From NCBI GenBank assembly GCA_018660415.1, contig JABJKG010000013.1, forward strand, positions 193,874-257,873: a stretch of DNA of 64,000 nt. Reading direction: 5' to 3'. Shown here piece after piece: positions 1 to 9,891 of this stretch. The notes under the pieces are model-generated. The model was given only the letters and a program-made list of their open reading frames with translations, made no database searches and was not told the origin of the DNA. The position numbers were made by a program, and so were the translations under genes. The stretch's first letter is position 1; the number at the start of each line of letters is the position of its first letter. Origin of the DNA: a bacterium (GTDB taxonomy: Bacteria > Babelota > Babeliae > Babelales > UBA12409).

Positions 1-1177
1 CGTTGAGAAAATCACTATTAATGATAACACCGTCACCACCATAAGGTTCTATAAGCTTGCCGTGTTCATCCTTTTTTGCATTAGGAGAATCGACTACCTG
101 GCGGATTGGAATATTATATTTAGTAGCAAACTCAAAATCACGCTCATCGCCACCAGGAACACCCATAACGATGCCGGTTCCATAATCTTTTAATACATAA
201 CTAGCAAAATAAAGAGGGATTGCTTCTTGGTTAACTGGGTTGATTATATTAGTTCCACTAAACACACCAGTTTTTTCTTTATCTTCTTGACGATCCAAGT
301 TAGACATATGCCGAACTTCAGTTTGATATGCTTTGACTGCTTCTTGCTGTTCCGGTGTCGTTAATGATAATGCAAGATCGTGATCCGGTGCCATAACAGC
401 AAACGTGGTTCCAAAGATCGTGTCTGGACGAGTTGTATATACCGGAATATCTACCGTATCACCCTTTTGGTCTTTGGCTGTAAAGTTGATGCGAGCGCCC
501 TGGCTTTTACCAATCCAGTTCCGTTGCATCATTTTAACTTTTTCTGACCAGTTAAGATCATCAAGACCATCAAGAAGTTTTTCCGCATAGTCAGTAATAC
601 GTAACATCCATTGTGGAATTTCTTTTTGTTCTACAAGGGTATCACAGCGCTCGCACGCTCCGCTTATAACTTCCTCATTGGCTAATCCTGTCTTACAAGA
701 AGGGCACCAATTGATTGGCATTGTAGAAAGGTAGGCTAACCCAGCTTTATACATCTGTACAAATATCCACTGCGTCCACTTATAAAAGTTAGGATCAGTG
801 GTATTGAGTTCTTTGGTCCAGTCATAGAGAGCACCAATGTCTTGAAGTTGTTCCTTAAAGTTTGCAACATTCTTAGCCGTATTGATTGCAGGGTGTATTC
901 CCTTTTTAATAGCATCATTTTCAGCAGGAAGTCCGAACGCGTCCCAACCCATAGGATGTAATACATTATACCCTTGAAGCCATTTGATACGGGCATAGAT
1001 GTCAGACAGTACATAACTCTTCCAGTGCCCTACATGAATCCCTGACCCGGACGGGTACGGGAACATATCAAGACAGTAATATTTTTCACCGGAACCTGTT
1101 GGCTTGGTTACCGCTATAGGATTATCGCGCCACTGTTGTTTCCACTTAGTTTCTATGGTTTTTGGGTCGTAATTCAT
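1..1177 (-). CDS. leuS: Leucyl-tRNA synthetase, N-terminal part (partial, runs off left edge)
   Basis: Own translation from ATG at 1175-1177: MNYDPKTIETKWKQQW...FPYPSGSGIHVGHWKSY (class I HIGH motif), HPMGWDAFGLPAE, WCPSC...ANEEV, TTRPDT. Absent from the ORF track because it is truncated by the window edge. Confidence 0.9.
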   Translation of the reverse strand, partial: MNYDPKTIETKWKQQWRDNPIAVTKPTGSGEKYYCLDMFPYPSGSGIHVGHWKSYVLSDIYARIKWLQGYNVLHPMGWDAFGLPAENDAIKKGIHPAINTAKNVANFKEQLQDIGALYDWTKELNTTDPNFYKWTQWIFVQMYKAGLAYLSTMPINWCPSCKTGLANEEVISGACERCDTLVEQKEIPQWMLRITDYAEKLLDGLDDLNWSEKVKMMQRNWIGKSQGARINFTAKDQKGDTVDIPVYTTRPDTIFGTTFAVMAPDHDLALSLTTPEQQEAVKAYQTEVRHMSNLDRQEDKEKTGVFSGTNIINPVNQEAIPLYFASYVLKDYGTGIVMGVPGGDERDFEFATKYNIPIRQVVDSPNAKKDEHGKLIEPYGGDGVIINSDFLN

Positions 1178-1351
1178 AAACAAACTTTTTTTTCAAAACA
1201 ATTAATTAATTTGTTTATATTATGCCATAAATCCTTTTAAATAGAAAATTAGCCATAAAAAACTTGTTATTCTGAACCTGGTGTACTAAGGTGAATTTAT
1301 CGCGTCATTGAGCACAACAGTGGTGGAAAAAAGTAAGAGCGTGAAGAAGCA

Positions 1352-1387
1352 AAGCCTTGGATTGAAAAAGTCCAAGGCTTATTTTTA
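1352..1387 (+). terminator. Orphan intrinsic-terminator-like hairpin in a divergent intergenic region
   Basis: 10-bp stem aagccttgga (1352-1361) / tccaaggctt (1371-1380) with a 9-nt loop, followed by aTTTTTat. The U-run exists only on the + strand. There is no + strand CDS upstream, since leuS is divergent. Confidence 0.5.
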
Positions 1388-1442
1388 TGTCTAATTTGAG
1401 TCTTTAAAATCATTAAAAAAGTCCTATCAGTAAAACTTTTTG

Positions 1443-1470
1443 TTGTAAAAAAGGGTGTTTCGTGTACAAT
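1443..1470 (+). promoter_or_regulatory. Candidate sigma70-type promoter for the family A gene at 1531
   Basis: TTGTAA (1443-1448), 16-nt spacer, TACAAT (1465-1470), about 60 nt upstream of the ATG at 1531. Confidence 0.3.
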
Positions 1471-1530
1471 TTGAACAAAAATTGCACACAATGACAGTTG
1501 GATTTAGTTAACAGTAGAAACGGGGTCACA

Positions 1531-2022
1531 ATGAATAAATTATATGTAGGATTTTTTTTAATAAGTTGCACATTATCACCAATGGATTCGAGTGGTGGCG
1601 GCGGTGAACGTAACAGTGAGGGGTTTCCTGTAGTAAAAACACATTCTATTGTTTGTCCAAGGATAGGTTTGTCACTCTACTTGTTACTTAAAGCCCAGGA
1701 TCAGGAGGAGATAGTTCGCCTTCGGGAGGAAATGAGAGACCATCTTGCAGGAGTGGTTGCGAAACGAGAGTTACTCGATCAGGGTAGAATTACATCAGTA
1801 CAATACATTACATTTCTTATTTCAGGATAGGAAAAGACTACTGATGGATGCGTAAGTATGAAAGTCGTTTATAATCCAGGGTCACGATTGGGCGCTTTGG
1901 TTCATTATAATCAGCACCCAGATCCAAATTCTATGGAGCGTATTAATCCGGCAAATAAGGATACGGCGTTTTTGCAATTTGAAGAGTGGGGCGCAAGACA
2001 GCAACTGGCAGTGAGTTCATAA
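1531..2022 (+). pseudogene. Small secreted protein, paralog family A, interrupted by one in-frame TAG (1828-1830)
   Basis: ATG at 1531 gives the signal peptide MNKLYVGFFLISCTLSPM. The track ORF ends at the TAG, and the same frame stays open for 63 more codons to TAA at 2020-2022. The total of 164 codons matches paralogs of 154 and 174 aa. FLISG*EKTTDGC aligns with FYLSGERRGSC of the 2925 paralog. Confidence 0.55.
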
Positions 2023-2038
2023 TTGTTATTTAAGTAAG

Positions 2039-2503
2039 GTGGGTTTTAAGGTGAAAAAAATATTTTACATAAGTTTGTTATTGATATGTGTAAACTCATT
2101 TCCCATGAGTGTTGTTTTAGCCGGTGGTGGCTGGTTAGGTCCATACTTTAATCATGAAGAGGGATTGGGAATACGTGATACTCAAGCGTCTCAAGAGTTA
2201 TATCATTTAAGGGCAGCACGGAGTAGTGATACAAGGGCATTCTATGTTCTTATGAATAAACACTTACAAGGTTTAAAAGATGCTGCACTGTTAAGAACAG
2301 CAACACCCAAAAAAATAGCCTTGGTTCTTTGTCCTACGAATGGTCCAGGAGTCTACAGGAGAGTTGAGTTGACTTTCGGAGAGCGTAATAACCAAATAGA
2401 AGATTATAGTGCTTTTAAATGTGGCAAAAATGAAGTTGCTAATTTTGCATTTGAGCAGTATTTACAAGAATTAGAACAAGACAGAAAGGCTTCAAATGAA
2501 TAA
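2039..2503 (+). CDS. Small secreted protein, paralog family A
   Basis: Signal peptide KKIFYISLLLICVNSFPMS resembles KLIYISLFLICFNSLPMT of the 2925 ORF. The C-terminal FAFEQYLQELEQ resembles WVFRENLQYQYK and FLQFEEWGARQQ in the paralogs. An alternative GTG start lies at 2051. Confidence 0.6.
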   Translation: MGFKVKKIFYISLLLICVNSFPMSVVLAGGGWLGPYFNHEEGLGIRDTQASQELYHLRAARSSDTRAFYVLMNKHLQGLKDAALLRTATPKKIALVLCPTNGPGVYRRVELTFGERNNQIEDYSAFKCGKNEVANFAFEQYLQELEQDRKASNE

Positions 2504-2885
2504 GTTTTTATTAATTATTGTATTGGGTTTAACGAGTACCCTTGTTGGCAATCCAGGTAGGTGTAAAAGGTTAACATCGACAGATAAATTATTAGCTATG
2601 TTTACCGAGGGTGCGCCATGTTTTAAATTACACTCTACAGGACAGGTTACTGACAGTTTGGTTAAGAAGCTAATACGAGATGGAGCTTTAAAGGGAACCT
2701 TATTATTACATTCTGAGGAAAATGAACATACTACTAGCTTCTTTATGGTCAAAGGGACAAGGCTTTGTCGTCTTGATGCTATTATAACAGGTGAACCTAG
2801 TGAAATTAATCTCTTAGGGAGTTCTTATCCTCTTAAGACTCGGTTAACGTTAGTTCGTGATTTTAATCGTGGAGTATCACAGTAA
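2496..2885 (+). CDS. Small secreted hypothetical protein (possibly a distant family A member)
   Basis: Signal peptide MNKFLLIIVLGLTSTLVG. Its start overlaps the upstream stop by 8 nt. No recognisable domain. Confidence 0.5.
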   Translation: MNKFLLIIVLGLTSTLVGNPGRCKRLTSTDKLLAMFTEGAPCFKLHSTGQVTDSLVKKLIRDGALKGTLLLHSEENEHTTSFFMVKGTRLCRLDAIITGEPSEINLLGSSYPLKTRLTLVRDFNRGVSQ

Positions 2886-2924
2886 AAAGCGAGATGTCTT
2901 GTCTAATAATAATAAGGTTTTTAA

Positions 2925-3449
2925 GTGACTAAGTTGATATACATAAGTTTGTTTTTAATTTGTTTTAATTCGCTACCTATGACACACGAAAAGGAATCAA
3001 CCGAAGAGTTGAGTAAATACTTTCAGGACGGTGATAGGGTGGGGGTGTCCGATACTGACACTGCTTTAGCTGTGTATAGATTGTATGAGCTATTGAAGAG
3101 TAACAAGCGTGAACCATCATTAATGAGTAATAAGAAAGAAGTATTTAAGTTACTAGATGCGCATGTACTGGCGTTGAGACAAGAAAATTTTTTAACAAAA
3201 AGCTTTACATGTGCTAGTGGCCGGTCTGTTATTATCAATTTTTATTTGAGTGGAGAGCGACGAGGTTCATGTCATCAGGTAAAACTCTTGGGGCAATTTA
3301 CTAAACAAACAAAAGGTTGTGCTCTTCCGCCTTTAGAATATAAAGTTTCAGGAGGCACAGAAGAAAATGATCGTGTTGCACAATGGGTGTTTAGAGAAAA
3401 CCTACAATATCAATACAAATTAAGTCAAAAGCAAAGCGGTCAAAGATAG
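2925..3449 (+). CDS. Small secreted protein, paralog family A
   Basis: GTG start. The signal peptide and C-terminal region are similar to those of the 2039 and 1531 ORFs. Confidence 0.6.
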   Translation: MTKLIYISLFLICFNSLPMTHEKESTEELSKYFQDGDRVGVSDTDTALAVYRLYELLKSNKREPSLMSNKKEVFKLLDAHVLALRQENFLTKSFTCASGRSVIINFYLSGERRGSCHQVKLLGQFTKQTKGCALPPLEYKVSGGTEENDRVAQWVFRENLQYQYKLSQKQSGQR

Positions 3450-3526
3450 GTTGGTTTGCCGGAGTAAGTTTTTTGTTTTATTCTTTTTAATAGTTGGATA
3501 TATAGATTTTTAAGGAGGATGTTTTC

Positions 3527-4156
3527 ATGCAAAAAACGACAGTAGCACAACAATCATCGTCAACTCATGATGAGCATATTTTAGTAATTAAGCGTGATCT
3601 TTTCTTTTCTATTACCCCAGCATGGGATGGTTTAAAAGATGTTTCCTTTGATCAATATCTACAATTGATTTCCGATAAAAAAGAGTTTCTTCCACGGTCT
3701 GTTATGGAACAAGATTCGAGTTATAAACAAATTATTCCTTATTTGGTTTTTGAATTTGATAATAAATATTTCTTAATGCAGCGCAGTGGCACAGCATCTG
3801 AAGCGCGCTTGAAAAATAAATACTCATTGGGTATTGGTGGCCATATTCGTCAAGAGGATATGCAACAACAATCGATTTTTGACTGGGCTCGTCGTGAGTT
3901 TCATGAAGAGATTAACTATACTGGTGACTTTGAAATTGAGCCGCTTGGTGTGTTGAATGATGATTCTAATGCGGTAGGACAAGTGCATGTTGGCTTTGTT
4001 TTTCTTCTTAAAGGTAATAGTGCTGATATCTCTATAAAATCTGAACTTAAGCACGGAGCACTTAAATCGCTTGAAGAGTGCAAAGAAACTGCAGAAAATT
4101 TAGAGAGTTGGAGTCAGATTGTTTTGGAAAAACTGATCAATCAAAAGGAAGTCTAG
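3527..4156 (+). CDS. Nudix-like hydrolase (atypical Nudix box)
   Basis: LGIGGHIRQED...ARREFHEEINY contains a REUXEE-like core (REFHEE). The spacing of the full GX5EX7REUXEEXGU motif is imperfect. Confidence 0.5.
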   Translation: MQKTTVAQQSSSTHDEHILVIKRDLFFSITPAWDGLKDVSFDQYLQLISDKKEFLPRSVMEQDSSYKQIIPYLVFEFDNKYFLMQRSGTASEARLKNKYSLGIGGHIRQEDMQQQSIFDWARREFHEEINYTGDFEIEPLGVLNDDSNAVGQVHVGFVFLLKGNSADISIKSELKHGALKSLEECKETAENLESWSQIVLEKLINQKEV

Positions 4157-4247
4157 AAAATCCTAGATTTTTCTTGTAGCATTCAGTCGAGCATGGTACG
4201 TTTCACTGTGATTTATCGAAAAAATTTTATTGAGTGATTAAGGTATT

Positions 4248-4853
4248 ATGAATCGAAAAAAATCCATTGGTGTTGTTCTAAAAAAACAGTTTCCTCGTCA
4301 CCAAAAGATCTCTTTGCTCGACCAAGCCTTTGGTCGTATTGAAGGGGTTCCTACGAGCTTGCACGCAATTGCTCGGGTGTCTCATGGATCGTTAGTTGAG
4401 TATGTTGTTGAGCCACAAGGGCAAGTTTATTTTTTGCATGAAATGCAATTGATAGAAAACATGCATTACTCTGCAGAGCAAGACATTCTATTTTTTCATC
4501 ATGTATTGGAAATGATTTATTATGGGGTTCCTGTAGGCGCGATTCCCGATGATATTTATGATTTACTGACTTCAATTCAAAAAAATCTTACTCATGTTTG
4601 TACTAAGCCAAGCATGAAAAAGTTATCCATTGGAAAGCTTTTTGTATTGCTGGGTGCTGATGTTGATGGTTCGGTTGAAAATATTTTGAAGGAAGCTTTA
4701 CGATTTCATGATATACTAGAGATGATTTCAATAGAGATAGATCAAACAAGTGAAAATGCTTTGGATGCTTGGATACATCAGTATATACAGACGCATCCTT
4801 TTTCACATATGTTTAAAACTATTCATTTTTTAAATGATGTTAGGCGATCATGA
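4248..4853 (+). CDS. Hypothetical protein, possibly RecO-like
   Basis: The N-terminal IGVVLKKQFPRHQKISLLDQAFGRIEGV resembles the RecO OB-fold start, and the size is compatible. The similarity is weak and judged by eye only. Confidence 0.3.
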   Translation: MNRKKSIGVVLKKQFPRHQKISLLDQAFGRIEGVPTSLHAIARVSHGSLVEYVVEPQGQVYFLHEMQLIENMHYSAEQDILFFHHVLEMIYYGVPVGAIPDDIYDLLTSIQKNLTHVCTKPSMKKLSIGKLFVLLGADVDGSVENILKEALRFHDILEMISIEIDQTSENALDAWIHQYIQTHPFSHMFKTIHFLNDVRRS

Positions 4854-7800
4854 AGAAACGAATACTGTTATTGTTAAGTGTAATATCAGTTTTTTCCATA
4901 TACGGTGGCAGCTTTTTTAAAATCCCCACATTTAGTGGTGATGACCGAGTTATTTATGGTGGTAGTCCTGTAGAGGAAAAAGAGCACATACTAGAGGTTA
5001 CAAAAAAACATTTAGAAGGTTTGGTAAAGGCTGAAGCACAAGCTGGTCCAGAGCTTCAAAAAAAAGTTGATAGCCTTAACACTGACATTGTCGAGCTTAA
5101 AAAACAGCTACCAAAAGTATCAGAAGACGATAAGAAATTTCTCAACGATAAGCTTGGATTACTGAATGAATGGTACCAAACGCTTGTCGATACTCAGCTT
5201 GCACATAATCAAATACTGACATCTGTTAAAAAAATTGTTGAGCTGCTTGAGTCATACATTAAACAGCCTGACTTTAATGAAGTACGGATTAAAGAACATG
5301 CTGGTTATCAGTTTGGAGATCTTTTAGAGTGGAACCAGCAGGCGGTAAGTCTTGAAGAAGGAATTAAACAACTCAAGACTGAAAAGAACAGTGCAGAAGA
5401 GACCCTTGCAAACTTGCGTAAAAAATCAGCCGACCTAGGAGTTCAGTATAAAGCTAAGGAAAAAGAGCAAGAAGAGTTTGTGGCTAAGGCACAAAAAGAA
5501 ACGCTTGATAAAACAGCTATACAGCAACAGGGGCAACTGCTTGATCTAGAAAAAGAGTTGTTACAAAGTAGAATGAACTTGCTTGAACTTAAGATCCCTG
5601 AAGCTAACTATAATATTCAGCTGGTTGATACTCGTATATTCCTTGAAGAAATCAAGCTGGGCTTGTTTAAGAAAGACATAGAAAAAATTAGTTATAAATT
5701 GATCATAGATGATTCAATTTTACGAGAAAAAGAAGAAGCTGTTCAAAAGAAGAAGCAAGAAGAACAGGCCGCACAAATAGGATTTACCAAGAAAAAAGCA
5801 ACCTTGACCAAGCAACGAGATGCGATCAAGAAAGAGATTGAAAACCTTGTTAAAAAGCATGATGTTAAGCTTCCTGATCAACGACTATTATCAGATTGGA
5901 GCTTTGAATTTAATATCCAAGAAGATAGTCCATGGCTTTATCGGGTTGGTAGAGAAAATGAAAAGTTGCTCGTCAAAGACCAAGAGATTACGGCCGTCGA
6001 GGCTAAGCGTGACTTGTCTAAGGTTGAGCTTTCCGACGCAATACTATCTAAAGATGTTTTAAATTCATGGTATAAAATCATGGAGCGTCAGCTACGATCA
6101 GAAGAGTTTAGGAATCAAGAACTCAAATTCTATGAAGATAAGAAGGCTGAGTTTAAACGGGATAGCTCTGTTTATAGTGATAAGATTGCGGCAGTAACAA
6201 CGGCTATGAATACGCAAACCCGAGCGCTATCTAACTTGGAAGATAAGATTAAAGCATTAAAGGCTGGTGAAAAAGAATTTGTTAGTCGGTTCAATAGTGA
6301 TACCTATAAAAAAAGTGTAGAAAATCTTGGCGCTTCTAAGACATTAATAAATAAACAAAATGTTGTTAATGCGGACCTTATCCGTACTTACTCTTCCATG
6401 GTCGGACAGTTGAGTGAAGGTATCAAGCAAATCAATATGGTGATAGCACGTATTGATAAGATAGGAAGCATTTGGCAACGATCTGATCATGCGATTTCAT
6501 TTGAAAGTTTTATCAATAATGTAGTCCCCGATTTAAATAATTTTTATGGAGAAGTGAAGAATATTTTCTATCGCATTAATATGCCTACCTTGGTGGCTAC
6601 GTTTTATGCGGTTATATTTAGCCCTATCATCCTATTAAAACTATTCTTATTGTTTTTCTTGCTGCTTATAGCATTTTTCTTGGCGCGGTTATATTTACCA
6701 GTATTGGCAAAAAAATTAAGACAGCCGATCGAGGAAGGTGGAGCACCATCGGTTTCGCGTAATTTTTCAGCTGTTTTCTTTAGTTTTCTTTCGGCTCATT
6801 TAGTTTCTATTTTTGTATGGCTATTTTTCTTAGTATTAGTTCGAGTTGAGACGGGTGTTGAGATAGGATTTGCATCTAAAATACTGTTCTATCTAATTTC
6901 TATTCCTTTTTTATGTTATCTTTCCTGGCGATTAATCAATGCGTTAGCGCGGTTTAATAGAGAGAATAACTATGTTATTGTCAGCAAGGTGTTCCAGCGT
7001 CGCTTACACTGGGTTCTCATTTTATTTGCCATCTCTACCATCTCAATTTTCTTTTTTAGAGAAGCTTTCTTATTGGCGCTTTTTGATAAGCCCGAAGTCC
7101 CGATGTTCTTACTGCGCTGTTACTATATTATACTACGGGTCTTGTTGGTTTGTTTACTTATCAAGGAAGAAATCCTGGGGCTTATTCCGACCAAGAACAA
7201 GACCTGGCAATGGATTCATGGCCTGGTTGTTCAGTACTATTATCTCTTTCTCTTCGCCCTACTGGCGATCATTATTCTGAGTGATCCACGCATTGGTGGT
7301 TATAATAAGTTGGTTTATTATGTTCTTTCTAATTCTCTATGGTCGCTATTGTTGTTTGTTATCTTGTGGTATTTACAGTCAGCATTGAAGCGATATTCAG
7401 CATTTATTTTCTTCAAGCATGAAGAGGGTGAAGCGGCTCAGGAACGATTCTCTAACTCGACGACATGGTTTGGGTTGTTTGTTGTAAGTAGTTTTGTCTT
7501 TTTAATGATGATTGCCATCTTCTGGGGTGCAAAGATTTGGGGTTATCCAATTTCATTTGGTGAGATTAGAGGATTCTTTGAATGGGCACCAATTTCTATT
7601 AAGGGAGAAGGTACAGAGACGGTTCCGATTAATATAACTGCAGTTATTAAGGTGGTTGGTTTCATTACTGTGGGTGTGATTGCATCGAACTTGTTTGAAC
7701 GGTTTGTATTACGCAGGATTTTCAATTTAATGTTTGTTGACTCTGCGGTACAGAATACCGTTTCTCGGTTGAGCTTTTATTGCTTTCTTTTTATTGCTTT

Positions 7801-8473
7801 CTTGAGTGGGCTTTCGGTTATTGGAATTAGTCATTCCATGATCGGTGGTATTGTTTTTGCACTCTTTGTTGGTTTGGCGTGGTCAGTTAGAAACGCAGTT
7901 TCCGATATTTTTGGGTATTTTACTATTCTTTTAGAGCGTTCTATTAAGATCGGGGATTATATCAGGGTCGGTGACGCACCATCTGAAGTCTCAGGTATTG
8001 TACGAAGGATTACTCCACGAACGACTATCTTGCGTAAGAAGAACAGTATTAATATTATTCTTCCTAATAGTAAGGTTATTGAAAGTCCTGTTTATAACTG
8101 GAACTACACGCGTGGATTTTTTGCCTTTCAAGATTTAATGGTAGTGGTTGATTACTCGGCTGATGCTGATCGTGTTAAGGAAATCTTCTTAAAGATCCTG
8201 GACGAAGATCATAATATTCTTAAGAGCCCGCACCCAGTAGTTCGGCTTGAAGAATTTACTGACGACGGTCTTAAATTCATGATTCGGGCGTTCTTGAGTA
8301 GTATTAACATCCTTAATCAATGGGATATTACGAGCGATATTCGATTTAAAATTCTTTCTGAGCTCAGGAAAAATAATATCAATATCGCATACCCTGTTCG
8401 CATTATTAAGATGGGCAACCCGGTTGGCGCCTATAAGAAGTCTCCATTTGAACAAGAGGACGAGCTAGGGTAG
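4850..8473 (+). CDS. MscS-family mechanosensitive channel, MscK/KefA-like
   Basis: Signal peptide, about 550 aa of coiled-coil-like K/E/L-rich sequence, roughly 10 hydrophobic segments, and a C-terminal MscS core (IKIGDYIRVGD...GIVRRITPRTTILRKKNSINIILPNSKV). An ATGA overlap links it to the upstream gene. Confidence 0.85.
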   Translation: MKKRILLLLSVISVFSIYGGSFFKIPTFSGDDRVIYGGSPVEEKEHILEVTKKHLEGLVKAEAQAGPELQKKVDSLNTDIVELKKQLPKVSEDDKKFLNDKLGLLNEWYQTLVDTQLAHNQILTSVKKIVELLESYIKQPDFNEVRIKEHAGYQFGDLLEWNQQAVSLEEGIKQLKTEKNSAEETLANLRKKSADLGVQYKAKEKEQEEFVAKAQKETLDKTAIQQQGQLLDLEKELLQSRMNLLELKIPEANYNIQLVDTRIFLEEIKLGLFKKDIEKISYKLIIDDSILREKEEAVQKKKQEEQAAQIGFTKKKATLTKQRDAIKKEIENLVKKHDVKLPDQRLLSDWSFEFNIQEDSPWLYRVGRENEKLLVKDQEITAVEAKRDLSKVELSDAILSKDVLNSWYKIMERQLRSEEFRNQELKFYEDKKAEFKRDSSVYSDKIAAVTTAMNTQTRALSNLEDKIKALKAGEKEFVSRFNSDTYKKSVENLGASKTLINKQNVVNADLIRTYSSMVGQLSEGIKQINMVIARIDKIGSIWQRSDHAISFESFINNVVPDLNNFYGEVKNIFYRINMPTLVATFYAVIFSPIILLKLFLLFFLLLIAFFLARLYLPVLAKKLRQPIEEGGAPSVSRNFSAVFFSFLSAHLVSIFVWLFFLVLVRVETGVEIGFASKILFYLISIPFLCYLSWRLINALARFNRENNYVIVSKVFQRRLHWVLILFAISTISIFFFREAFLLALFDKPEVPMFLLRCYYIILRVLLVCLLIKEEILGLIPTKNKTWQWIHGLVVQYYYLFLFALLAIIILSDPRIGGYNKLVYYVLSNSLWSLLLFVILWYLQSALKRYSAFIFFKHEEGEAAQERFSNSTTWFGLFVVSSFVFLMMIAIFWGAKIWGYPISFGEIRGFFEWAPISIKGEGTETVPINITAVIKVVGFITVGVIASNLFERFVLRRIFNLMFVDSAVQNTVSRLSFYCFLFIAFLSGLSVIGISHSMIGGIVFALFVGLAWSVRNAVSDIFGYFTILLERSIKIGDYIRVGDAPSEVSGIVRRITPRTTILRKKNSINIILPNSKVIESPVYNWNYTRGFFAFQDLMVVVDYSADADRVKEIFLKILDEDHNILKSPHPVVRLEEFTDDGLKFMIRAFLSSINILNQWDITSDIRFKILSELRKNNINIAYPVRIIKMGNPVGAYKKSPFEQEDELG

Positions 8474-9271
8474 CTCCATCAGATCTTCATCTGTAACTTG
8501 TAGCTCTACCATGGTTTGCAGTCCTTTGATTACCTGTAACAGTTCCTGTACTGAATTTCTGTAGGTAGCAGCAGCTACAATGGATTCAGCTCGTGCAGGA
8601 CTTATGGATCCTACCATTAATGAAAGTCGTCGGCGTACACCCTCAATAGATTTTATGGTTGCTTTAGCAAGAGCCTCTATCTTTTCCAGGTCTAGAACAA
8701 CAAGGTCTTTAATGACTTCATTGTCAGCGTGAGACAGTCCTCGTGTTGAGGATTTGATGCCAATGATGAGAGCAGCTGGTGTAAAACTTACAGCCTTAGC
8801 AATGGCAGCATCTAGTTGGTCTATAAGGTCTAGTGAAAGAATTGTTGTTTTTCCAGCTGGAAGGCCTACTGTTTGTTTTATTTCTTGCATCATAGTATTG
8901 AGAGCGCGTAGTTCTTTTTCTTTTTCAAGCAATCGCTGGTATTGTAACGAGCTCGGGTGGATCTTTTTTGTAGAAAATTCATTTGAGTCACTATCTTGCT
9001 TATTAATCAAATCGAAGTCTATTTGAGACTCAGCTTCTCGATTCAAACTTACAAGCTCTTGGGTTTCTTGGTTAACCTTATTTAAGAGGCGTTGTGTTCT
9101 AACAAGCCATACGCTGAATGGTGCTTTATAGGTATACAAGTTTTCCGGTGATCTATCGGCATGAGGGATGACTGGTGAGGTTTCTACCAAGAGCTCCCCC
9201 TCACCGGCTACAGCTTGGTCTGTAACACAGCAAAGGATGGCTAGAATGGGTATCAATATAGCTTTTTTCAT
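8465..9271 (-). CDS. Secreted hypothetical protein
   Basis: Signal peptide MKKAILIPILAILCCVTDQAVA. No recognised domain. Its 3' end overlaps the convergent channel gene by 9 nt. Confidence 0.5.
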   Translation of the reverse strand: MKKAILIPILAILCCVTDQAVAGEGELLVETSPVIPHADRSPENLYTYKAPFSVWLVRTQRLLNKVNQETQELVSLNREAESQIDFDLINKQDSDSNEFSTKKIHPSSLQYQRLLEKEKELRALNTMMQEIKQTVGLPAGKTTILSLDLIDQLDAAIAKAVSFTPAALIIGIKSSTRGLSHADNEVIKDLVVLDLEKIEALAKATIKSIEGVRRRLSLMVGSISPARAESIVAAATYRNSVQELLQVIKGLQTMVELQVTDEDLMELP

Positions 9272-9354
9272 TATAACTCCACTTTTTATAGCAATTTTTC
9301 TATAAGAATATCAACGTTAACTTTAAACAGTCAACAGTTTTTGTTTATAGTAGG

Positions 9355-9891
9355 CTAGAGTGGCCATGGTTGGGAGAAGTCCAAGTGGGTATCGGGGAGT
9401 GGGAGATGATTGACGAGGAAATGGACTTGAATCGAAGGAGGGAAGATGTTGCGTAGGGTCTTGAGGATACTTTCAATCATCATTAATTTGTGGTGTATTG
9501 AGCTTTCCTTATCAAAGAAGGTCTTATTGAATGATAGGTAGAGATCTTGTCCTGAGGGGGATAACAGAGCTGTTTGGAGTGATATTTTATCGCTGGTTAT
9601 CTTTTCTTCATAAAAAAGCAGTAATTGTTGTTGGATCACGTGGTTGATATTATCGATCGGGTTATGAGACCACATAATATCTTCACGTTCATGGTGCAGG
9701 GCATGGCCGTCCCAGAAATAGAGGAGAACATTTTTCTTGGTGATCTTACCGGCTTTTTCATCTATAGATAAGTAATTGCCATACGAGGGGATATACAGGA
9801 CAAACGCTTCAGTTAAGTAGGCGTACAAAAAGAGTGCAAAAATAAAGGTGCTTCCGCCAATGATAGCATACAGGTACTCTTTTTTGATCAT
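9355..9891 (-). CDS. Membrane-anchored hypothetical protein (possible GerMN-like domain)
   Basis: One N-terminal TM segment (YAIIGGSTFIFALFLYAYL). A 4-nt overlap joins it to the upstream amidase-like gene. The domain call is by eye only. Confidence 0.35.
   Translation of the reverse strand: MIKKEYLYAIIGGSTFIFALFLYAYLTEAFVLYIPSYGNYLSIDEKAGKITKKNVLLYFWDGHALHHEREDIMWSHNPIDNINHVIQQQLLLFYEEKITSDKISLQTALLSPSGQDLYLSFNKTFFDKESSIHHKLMMIESILKTLRNIFPPSIQVHFLVNHLPLPDTHLDFSQPWPL

Noticed and set aside
1190-1390. SRP (4.5S) RNA or a T-box leader for leuS
   Set aside because: GAAGAAGCAAAGCCTTGG vaguely resembles the GGAAGCAGCCAAGG core of SRP RNA. However, the required opposing strand and GNRA-closed helix could not be built. 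A T-box leader would have to be on the minus strand, where the hairpin has no U-run and no specifier or antiterminator elements were seen.
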